In this document: positions 1-64,000 of the stretch, piece by piece | Layout: each line of letters opens with the position of its first letter | Position numbering within the stretch: the stretch's first letter is position 1 | DNA from: Octopus sinensis | Lineage: Eukaryota | DNA length: 64,000 nucleotides | NCBI RefSeq assembly: GCF_006345805.1 | Contig: NC_043021.1 | Span: 1,798,001-1,862,000, forward strand | Direction: 5' to 3' | Program-made: the position numbers and the translations under genes | The notes under the pieces: generated by a model | Told to the model about the DNA's origin: nothing | The model's database searches: none | The model's input: the letters and a program-made list of their open reading frames with translations, nothing else

Positions 1-59
1 ATAAAACAGATCCGATTGAAGCTGACAAATCTGGCACGTTTCTGACAGCTGGAGAATTA

Positions 60-131
60 GCCGTGATCGTCTAGTGGTTAGGACCCCACGTTGTGGCCGT
101 GGTAACCCAGGTTCGAATCCTGGTCACGGCA
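60..131 (+). tRNA. tRNA-His (anticodon GTG)
   Basis: 72-nt cloverleaf GCCGTGA...TCACGGCA. D-arm has TAGTGGTTAG, anticodon stem CCACG/CGTGG with loop TTGTGGC (GTG at 93-95), T-arm CCAGG-TTCGAAT-CCTGG. No encoded CCA; oligo-T follows. Confidence 0.97.
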
Positions 132-145
132 GTCCAGCTCTTCCC

Positions 146-160
146 TTTTTTTTTTTTTTT
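146..160 (+). terminator. RNA polymerase III oligo-T terminator of tRNA-His
   Basis: T15 run about 15 nt downstream of the tRNA 3' end. Confidence 0.8.
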
Positions 161-235
161 CAAATATTTCACAACTTTAGTATGTTCTTGAAAGTTCGGT
201 CCCCTTTTAAATGAAATTTCGAGTACTATAGAGGC

Positions 236-313
236 CCCAGGCTAATCCATTTGTGAGCCTGGGTTCCCACGGCCACAACGGTGGAGGGGGTCCTGACCAC
301 TAGACGATCACGG
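236..313 (-). pseudogene. tRNA-His-derived pseudogene/variant, convergent with the intact copy
   Basis: Reverse complement reads CCGTGATCGTCTAGTGGTCAGGACCCCCTCCACCGTTGTGGCCGTGGGAACCCAGGCT..., matching the 5' two-thirds of tRNA-His. B box (GTTCGAATC) and 3' acceptor strand are lost. Confidence 0.8.
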
Positions 314-711
314 ACATCTCTACAGCTGCCAAACGCATCGCACGTTAGTCAATTTAGCAACAACAGTAAAATCGAAGAATTTCCGGGTGAAACTCTGAAA
401 CTAAGCGGTGGGGTGGGGATAGGGAGAGCGCAAGGGGGCACCTGTTTATGTCTTTTGTTTCAGTCATTAGACTGCGGCCATGCTGGGGCGCCGTCTTGAA
501 GAATTTTAGTGGAACTTATCAAACTCAGTACATATGATTTTTTTTATAAAGCCTGGTACTTATTCTATGGGTATATTTTGCCAAACCGCTAAGTTATGCG
601 AACGTAAACACACCAACACTGGTTGTCATGCGGTAGTGAGAGACAAACACATACACCCACGCACACACACATACTGTATGAACACACACACATATATAAT
701 ATAAACACACA

Positions 712-778
<67 letters not shown>

Positions 779-813
779 GCATATATACATACGTATATGT
801 ACATACATCTATA

Positions 814-858
<45 letters not shown>

Positions 859-937
859 TATATATATATAATATATATCTATATATCTATATATATATAT
901 AGATATATATATGTATATATATATGTATATATATATA

Positions 938-988
<51 letters not shown>

Positions 989-1177
989 TTATAATGTAAA
1001 TGTATATTTATATCTTGTTATATTTATTTAGTTATATCTCACCATATTGATTGTAATTATTGTACAGTATTAATGTCTAATCTCATTGCTATTGTGTAGT
1101 GTTTTAATAAAGTATATGATTCGGTATTATCTGATAGTTGATGATTGATTTAGATATATTTCTCCATTTTCTCATTT

Positions 1178-1239
<62 letters not shown>

Positions 1240-2178
1240 ATATATATATATGCATATGTGGGCACAGGATGTCACGAAACATGTACAACAAAAAATACGA
1301 AGTACGAGTACATGGAATATAAAATATTCTTTCGAACAACGAAAGACACAAATGGAAAACAAGAGAAACAACATAAAGAGCGACCCTTCATCAGTTGTTG
1401 GCTGTTTTTCTACTCTAGTATTTCGAGCATATATATATATACATATATATGACGGGCTTCTTTCAGTTTCCGTCCACCAAATCCACTCACAAGACTAACC
1501 CTAACCCTAATCCTAACCCGAGGCTATGATAGAAGATATTCGCCCAAGGTTCCACGCAGTGGGATTGAACCTGGAAACATATGGTGGGGAAGCAAACTTC
1601 TTACCCCACATCCACGTCTGCGCCTGATGTGTCCTTTTTTATTCATTGTGTGACACTTGTTGACGGCGGTGGCCGAGTAGTTAAGAAGTCCGCTTCGCAA
1701 TCATGACGTGCTGAGTTCAATCCGACTGCGTGGCTTCTTGGACAAATGTCATTTTCTCGATCCTGCAGCAAATTCTAAACAAATGTATTTCACAAAAAAA
1801 AAAAAACTTAATCTCGTTAAACCATTATTTGGGGTTTTTTACATCCATCGCTCCCTTTTGGTCACCTCATTATCGCCCCCAACTTTCTTCAGCGCCCCCT
1901 CCGCCTGGATACTTTTCGTTGCCCCCAAGGGGGCAGTACCACCCACTTTGGGAGCCACCGCTTTAAAGGGTACAACATGTCTGTGGAGTACTCAGCCACT
2001 TATACATTAATTCAGGGGCAGGTTCTTCGATTGAACGAACGTCCGAATCCTCGTAGACTAACGGCGGAGATCCATTCGTAACGACCCGTTGTATTCGTAG
2101 TTTACAAACTAGAACTAACAGACGATCGCTCGTCGCAAGAACAATAGATACGCAATATGCGTGTGTATACGTGTGTGT

Positions 2179-2234
<56 letters not shown>

Positions 2235-2877
2235 GTGAGTGAGTGAATGAGTGAGTGAGAGAGTGAGTGAGCGCTGGTATCAAAGATTAACTACAGTTCA
2301 AAGTTAAGTAATCCGCTTACGTAAATAAAAGTGAATTGTAAAAATGTAGGTGCGTGTGTGAATGTGGGTGCGTAGTGACTTTGTGGTAAGAAGCTTGCTT
2401 CCCAACAACATTGTTCCTGGTTCAGTCCCACTGCGTGGCGCTTTCGGCAAGTGTTTTCTACTATAACCTTGAGCCGGCCAAAACCTTGTGAGTAGATTTG
2501 TTAAACGGAAACTGAAAGAAACCCGTCGTGTATATCGTCTTGGCTTAACAGCCCTCACCGTTTGTTTTTACTGTCTTGTTACCACTTTCAACTTCTGTAA
2601 AAAATCGCAAATTTTATATAATTTACTTTGCGGGAAGGACTGTTTCAAGGAAGTCGCGTGTTGTCCTTGCCTTCGAACGCGGAGTAGATGAAACAAGGAC
2701 AACCCATGAAGGGGAATATTCTTTATGTTGCATGTCTCGTTTCTCTGTTTTTGGGGGAGAGGGTAAGTCGATTGTATCGAACCGAGTGTTTAAATGGGGC
2801 TTGTTTTATCGTAACCCAAAAGGATGAAAGGCAAGGTCGACCCCGGGAGAATTTGAATTCAGAATGTGGCTGTGTGG

Positions 2878-3038
2878 AGGCGAAGGCGTAGCTGTGTGAT
2901 AAGAAGCTTGCTTTCCAACGACATGGTTCCTGGTTCAGTCCCATTGCGTGGCACCTTGGGCAAGTGTCTTCTACTATAGCCTCGCGCCGACGAAAGCCTT
3001 GTGAATGGATTTGGTTGACGGAAACTGAAAGAAGCCCG

Positions 3039-3134
<96 letters not shown>

Positions 3135-3360
3135 TGTATATATTTATGTGTGTGTCTCTGTGTCTGTCCCCCTGCCATCGCTTGACAACCGATGTTGGTG
3201 TGTTTATGTGCCCGAAACTTTGCGGTTCGGCAAAAGAGGCCGATGGAATAAGTACTGGGCTTACAAAGAATAAGTCTTGGGGGGGTCGATTTGTTCGACT
3301 AAAAGGCGGTGCTCCAGCACGGCCGCAGTGAAATGACTGAAACAAGTAAAAGAATAAAAG
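2878..3360 (+). mobile_element. tRNA-derived SINE family A (CORE-like central block), full length
   Basis: GGCG..GG.GTGGCTGTGTGGTAAG head, GCGTGGCACCTTGGGCAAGTGTCTT core, internal microsatellite, tail GGTGCTCCAGCATGGCCGCAGTCAAATGACTGAAACAAGTAAAAGA. Other copies on + at about 2348, 16116, 20019, 44808, 51815; on - at about 455-650, 1450-1625, 11800-12140, 22132-22382, 45000-45262. Confidence 0.85.
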
Positions 3361-4288
3361 AATATATATTCATTTCAGCCGATCACACCAGATGGTTTCG
3401 TACCGGCTGTTAGGTAACCGGATCTGAGATAAGATGACGGCTATCTAAAAATACAAATGCTCTTCTGCACAGATACCCAAACATCATGCACACCACCGAT
3501 TGCTATGATCGACTGCTAAAATAGATCTATATTACTTCGATTTATATACTCATTCTATCTGACAAATATACGCGTGCCAGTTTTTTCTGACCTATGATTG
3601 TTAGTTGACTTTATGCGTTTACATATGTGTATGTATACGCATATGTACACACACGGATATAGACACACATCTATGTTATTATATGATTCGTTCCTGTGTG
3701 GTGTGAAGTGACGTTTCACAACATTAATTAAACGTATTTCAGGCGCCAGCCACAGCAGAGCAAGAAAAGAATTCGAAATAATTCGTGTCATCTCACACAA
3801 CTAATTCGGTTCATTATGTTTTAATCAAACAAAATGCAAAGTTGAGAAAACTTTATTACAGTTTTTAGCCGATGTTGTTGTTTTTTTATTCAAGAGGAAT
3901 TACATTTTTCTTAAATAGTTTTCGGGGATTGTGAGAAAAAATACAATAATAATAATAAAGGAGCAAACGAGAAAACAGGAAGTAAAACAAGAAAGAAGAT
4001 AGTTTCTAGTATAATTGGAGTACAGAATCAGCCAGTGAGGGCGTGGGTTCGCTTCTGGGTGAAGCTTGATTTCCGGTAAGTCCTCTATATTTGTGTGTAT
4101 GTGTGTGTTTATGTTTGTGATTTTTGTTTGTATGTGTGTGTCAGTATGTTTGTGTGTGTGATCGTATGTGCGTTTGTAAGCATGCGTGTGTGTGTGTGTG
4201 TGTCTACAACGTCGTCTGCCAAAATCGCGCGCGCGTAAATGTGTGTTTGAAATAATTAGTTATATACGAGCATGTATGAGTCACTTGT

Positions 4289-4323
<35 letters not shown>

Positions 4324-6469
4324 CGAATCACCATTAAGCATCCGTGTGAATCACCTGCGTACGGCTGTGAGAGAAAGACTCACTTGTGACCATCTTTGTA
4401 GTCATCAGCGTGTGGAAAACAGACAGAGAGAGAGAGACAGACTCACCTGTGAACACATTTGTGAGTCACCTGTGTGTGTTCGTAGGTGAGACAGAGAGAG
4501 AGAAAAAGAGGAAGCGATAGAAAGCACATCACCTGTAAACGTCTATGTATAAGGAGCAGTGATGAAAATGAAGACGGGTTGTGCGCAGAGATGGCTTTGC
4601 CGTTTCAAGCTCATGGAGCGAGTGATGCCGGATTATAGCGTCTTCCCAACCTCAGCTTCTTTGACTTTAGCGTACCCTAAGTTCTCAGGATTCACTTTTG
4701 ATAAAGTTGTAAGTGCGTGCGTGTGAACGTGTGAGTGAGAGAAAGTCACCTGTATGTGTACTTACATGCATGCAAACAGGTGCGTACATGCATGTATATT
4801 GGTATGTATGTGTATATGTATAATGTGTGTATGCCTGCATGTAAGTATATATGTATGTATATGTGTGTGTGTGTGTGTGTGTCCCTGATGCTGTCGTTTG
4901 CACTTAAGTCATCCCTGATCGAGCTACTCATAATCAAAGGCATTCCAGCCATGACCACCCCATCTTTTTGTATACCTAGGACTACATTACCTAACGTGTT
5001 CTCCTCCTTTTAAGACGCTAGGACGGGATCTCAAGAAGATTTGGTTACTATTTCTAGCAATTTGAACTGACAGGTAAACTCCTGCGTTGGCTCAGGGTGG
5101 GGGGTCTTTAGGAAGGGATGCTTATGTGTGACCTTGTGTGAGAGATGAATGGTAATTTGTATATTTTTCTGTGTAAGAAACATTCGCATCTCTATACAAA
5201 ATGAGAAGTAATCAAATGTATGTTTCCCTGTATAAAAAAAAAAGAAGTAATCATGCTTCTATAGATCTTACTAAATTACTTCGAGCCACGTGAAATCTTC
5301 ACCAGAATATTTTTTCTAAAATCTAGTTTATATATAGTAGTTTTTTGGGGGTTTTTTGCATGGTGATGATGGATATTGTAACTTGTTTATTATTAATAAC
5401 ATTCAAAAGTACATTATTACTGCATCTTTAAAAATATTAATCTGGTGAAAATTATCGGTTGGCAGAAATTTAACCAGATCTGTACAGCAGGATTACATGT
5501 GTATGTAAGAAAGGTTGTGAGTTTTTCTGTGTCTAAGAGAGGGTCACTAAGGTGTGTCTGTGTGACAGAGTGAAAGATTGCGTGGGTGTATCTGGGAGGA
5601 GACGGTCCCCGGCGTGTGCCTGAAAGAGATAGAAAGGGGGTAAGGCGAAATAAAGAGTGAGGGGTGATAGTTTGTATACGTTTCCTTTAGTATAAGAAAA
5701 TCGTTTAAGTATAAGAGTCATTTGCGTATAGGCGTGTAGAACAGAGAATAGGAGTAGAAGTGGATTGTGTGTTAAAGTAAGGGTCACTCAAATAATGTCC
5801 GTGTGTGGAAAGAATATCGCTTTCCTGAATGTGTGTGTACGATTGTAAGAGAGACAGACGGTCGGAGAAAAGTGGTTTACCACATGGATGTGGAGTGTGT
5901 GTATACGTTCGTGTGAAAGAGAGACGAAGAAAGAGAGAGAGAGAGGAAAGCATGTACGTTTCTATGTTTAAGTCACTCGTGTACGTCTCAGAGACAGAGA
6001 AGAACGTGTGTGCTTCTATGTATGGTTGGTTATATGTCACTTGTCTAGGTTTGTGTATGTTTATGCAACTGATTGTCTCTCAGATTTACGTATAAGAGTC
6101 TATCCTCTACGTGTGTTTGCGTGTCTATCCGTAAGAGAGTGTCACTTGCACGAGTTTCTCTGTGTGTGCTTGCGTATATGTCTTGAGTACTAATTGCCTA
6201 GTTTTGTATGTGTAAGTGGTCGCTGGCTTCAACGTGCACCGGGCACCAATCCAGCTGACCATCACCACCCACAACTCGATAGGTGGGTGACCACAAACAC
6301 TCTTGTACTTTGTAAATTACACAACACGAGAAATATCATCACATGCCGCTCACCATACTTGAATAAAACGGCTCAACACACACACAGCACACGGACACTC
6401 ATATAATATACATACATAAACACAATATCATTTATATACATTTATCAAATACACACACATACAAATGTA

Positions 6470-6895
6470 TATTATATATTATTTATATATGTAATATATT
6501 CTAATATATATATATATATACATTATTTATATGTAATATATATATATATATATACACATATATATATATATATATACATTATTTATATGTAATATTATAT
6601 ATATATATACACATATATATATATACATTATTTATATGTAATATATATATATATATACATTATTTATATGTAATATATATATATATATATACACATATAT
6701 ATATATATACATTATTATATGTAATATATATATATATTATATACACATATATATATATATACATTATTTATATGTATATATATATATATATATACATTAT
6801 TTATATGTAATATATATATATATATACACATATATATATATATACATTATTATATGTAATATATATATATATATATATATTACATATATATATAG
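6470..6895. repeat. AT-rich tandem array (TACATTATTTATATGTAA + (TA)n units)
   Basis: Repeated unit visible directly upstream of exon 1. Confidence 0.9.
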
Positions 6896-7085
6896 AGAGA
6901 GAGAGACATAAACATACACACACGTCTACGCAGACACTCCATTTATATATGTATATACACACACACGCATGCACTCTACACATGTTGCACACACATATAA
7001 ATATATACACACGCACACACACACATACATGTTATAAACGATGTGCTCGCACCCTTACAGGAGTATCGCACACACACACCTTGCA

Positions 7086-7130
7086 ACCATAGGTGGCAGC
7101 GCCCCCTCGCGAGTGGTCGGTGCAGCAAAG

Positions 7131-7136
<6 letters not shown>
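7086..7136 (+). promoter_or_regulatory. Putative proximal promoter/5' leader motifs (CTCF-like, CTCGCGAG palindrome, YY1-like AAGATGGC over the ATG)
   Basis: CCATAGGTGGCAGCGCCCCCTCGCGAG...AAAGATGGCT in a locally CpG-rich patch. Motif resemblance only. Confidence 0.4.
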
Positions 7137-60761
<53,625 letters not shown>

Positions 60762-61534
60762 TGCTAAATTCTTGGTGCTAACAATTGACAATTTCAAGAA
60801 TTCTGGGGGATAAAAAAAATATAAGAAAGTGGAAGAAGAAGAAGAAAAAAAAAAAAGCGGAAAATTAAAAACGAAACCCGAAAAAAAAAAAACAACATAA
60901 AACTGTAAAGAAGAAAAATAAGAAAATAAAAACGTTCCACATGATACCCCACCCCCCATCCCTTCCACCATGACCACCACCACCACATCATATCAGATTC
61001 CCCCTTCCCTCCCCACTCCCCCCACCCACATAAACTCATGAGAAAGAAAGAAAGAAAGAATAAACTAACAATAATACATTCTGCTTCTTCTAAAGACTTT
61101 TCTGAGTCGATCGGAGAAATTCTTTGACAGTTCCTGCAACACCAACTTTTTTTCTGTTGTTGTTGTTTTTACCGTTGTTATTGTTGTTGTTGCTGCTGCT
61201 GCTACTGTCCTTGTTGTTGTTTTTGTTACTGTCATTCCCCCACCCCTCGCCCAGACACACACACACACACACTGCCAATGTTGGATGTTGATTTTCTTCT
61301 TGCTTCTTTTCTTTTTTTTTTACACTTGTTTTCTGCTGTGGGGTGGGGGGTGCAGTCCAAAGAGTGTGTGTGTGTGAGGAAGTACATCTGTAAATAATAG
61401 CTGTGGGGGGGTGCAGGGGACTCCAGTGTGTGTGTGTGTGTGTCCGTGTGCAAGACATCATCATCATCTACTACGTGTTAAGTACCATTGTTCTCTTTCT
61501 TCCAATAACAGATTTCTTAATCATTTGAATTCCT

Positions 61535-61907
61535 CATATACATATATATGTATGTATATACATATGTATATATGTATATATATATGTATGTATATTATAT
61601 ATGTATATATATATGTATATATGTATGTATATATGTATGTATATATGTATGTATATATGTATGTATATATGTAGTATATATGTATGTATATATGTATGTA
61701 TATATGTATGTATATATGTATGTATATATGTATATATATGTATGTATATATGTATGTATATATGTATGTATATATGTATGTATATATGTATGTATATATG
61801 TATGTATATATATATGTATGTATATATATATGTATGTATATATATATATGTATGTATATATGTATGTATGTATATATATATATGTATGTATATATATATA
61901 TGTATGT

Positions 61908-61948
<41 letters not shown>

Positions 61949-63506
61949 TATGTATGTATATATGTATATATATGTATGTATATATATATGTATGTATGTA
62001 TATATATGTATATGTATGTATGTATGTATATATATGTATGTATGTATGTATGTATATGTATGTATGTATATATGTATGTATGTATATATATATGTATATA
62101 TATGTATGTATGTATATATATGTATGTATGTATATATATGTATGTATGTATATATATATGTATGTATATATATATGTATGTATATATATATGTATGTATA
62201 TATATATATGTATGTATATATATATATGTATGTATATATATATATGTATGTATATATATATGTATGTATGTATATATATATGTATGTATATATATATATG
62301 TATGTTTATATATGTATGTATGTATATATATGTATGTATGTTATATATGTATGTATGTTTATATATATATGTATTATATATATGTATGTATATATATATG
62401 TATGTATATATTATATATATATGTATGTATATATATATGTATGTATATATATATGTATGTATATATATATGTATATGTATATATATATGTATGTATATAT
62501 ATATGTATGTTTATATATATGTATGTTATATATATATGTATGTATATATATATATGTATGTATATATGTATGTATATATATTATATATATGTATGTATAT
62601 ATATATATGTATGTTTATATATATATGTATATATATAATATGTATGTATATATATATGTATTATATATATATATGTATGTATATATAATATATATATGTA
62701 TGTATATATATATATGTATGTATATATATATATGTATGTATATAATATATGTATGTATATATATGTATGTATGTAATATATGTATGTATAATATGTATGT
62801 ATGTATATATATATGTATGTATATATTATATGTATGTATATATATATATGTATGTATATATATATATGTATGTATAATATATATATGTATGTATATATAT
62901 ATAATGTATGTATATATATATCATGTATGTATATATATATATGTATGTATATATATATATATGTATGTATATATATATATGTATATGTATGTATGTTTAT
63001 ATATATGTATGTATATATATATATGTATGTATATATATATATATGTATGTAATATATATATATGTATGTATAATATATATGTATGTATATATATGTAGTA
63101 TATATATATAGTATGTATATATATGTATGTATGTATATATATATGTATGTATTGTATATATATGTATATGTATGTATGTATGTATATATATGTATGTATG
63201 TATGTAATATATGTATGTATGATATATATGTATGTATGTATATTATATGTATATATATGTATGTATGTATATTATGTATGTATGTATATATAGTATGTAT
63301 GTATATATATATGTATGTATATATATATGTATGTATATATATATGTATGTATATAATATATGTATGTATATATATATATGTATGTATATATATATGTATG
63401 TATATATATATGTATGTATGTATATATATATGTATATATATATATGTATGTTTATATATGTATGTATGTATATATATGTATGTATGGTTATATATGTATG
63501 TATGTT

Positions 63507-63539
<33 letters not shown>

Positions 63540-63910
63540 GTATATATATGTATGTATGTATATGTATGTATGTATGTATGTATGTGTGTGTGTGTATGTA
63601 TGTATGTATATATATGTATGTATGTATATATATGTATGTATGTATGTATATGTATGTATGTATGTGTATATGTATGTATGTATGTATGTATGTGTATATG
63701 TATGTATATATATATGTATGTATATATATATGTATGTATGTATATATATGTATGTATGTATGTATATATATGTATGTATGTATATATATGTATGTATGTA
63801 TATATATGTATGTATGTATGTATATATATATATGTATGTATGTATATATATATATGTATGTACGTATGTATATATATATATATATATATATATGCATGTG
63901 TGTGTATGTA
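61535..63910. repeat. Compound (TA)n/(TATG)n microsatellite
   Basis: About 2.4 kb of TA/TATG repeats downstream of the gene. Confidence 0.97.
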
Positions 63911-64000
63911 TTATGAGTAAACTTGTACACAGATGTATTTCATCTTTCCCTGTGTGTATGAATATATACTTCATGTATGAGTGTGTGTATATGTGCATAT

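Noticed and set aside
1300-1430. Minus-strand AACTGATGAAGGG in a repeat related to 2670-2750, possibly a hammerhead
   Set aside because: I could not find a stem II closed by GAAA at a plausible distance.
1963-2160. CpG-rich block with a minus-strand ORF
   Set aside because: The ORF starts in microsatellite and shows no recognisable motif or splice signals.
7041-7130. Upstream in-frame ATG at 7041 as the KIAA0930 start
   Set aside because: The extension runs through CA-repeat sequence and promoter-like motifs; ATG 7131 has the better context.
61548-63998. Long ORFs (up to 516 aa) rich in Y/I/M/C/V/H/T
   Set aside because: Translations of (TA)n/(TATG)n microsatellite. The same applies to ORFs at 40155-41557, 53951-54455 and 589-871.

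Overview
Eukaryotic, AT- and microsatellite-rich genomic DNA. The SINE/MITE families look like those of Octopus (a coleoid cephalopod); this is inferred from repeat content only. One 10-exon protein-coding gene on the + strand spans most of the window (CDS 7131..60761, 1323 nt, 440 aa, all GT-AG junctions in phase). It is a KIAA0930/C22orf9 (DUF2045) homolog. An intact tRNA-His(GTG) and a convergent, remodelled His-derived copy lie at the left edge. The introns hold several tRNA-derived SINE families, two dead mariner elements (one a foldback made of two 5' ends), TTAA/piggyBac-type MITEs, a Helentron-type HINE, 33-bp and 32-bp minisatellites and long (TA/TATG)n tracts. Most ORFs in the supplied track are microsatellite or SINE artefacts. 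The most notable finds are four intronic loci with minimal hammerhead-ribozyme cores of the Penelope-like-element type, three of them inside inverted repeats. One joins a tRNA-like Pol III head to a hammerhead tail with an inverted terminal copy, making it a candidate Penelope-mobilised ribozyme SINE/retrozyme. There is also a candidate in-frame 18/6-nt microexon and a series of candidate alternative last exons.
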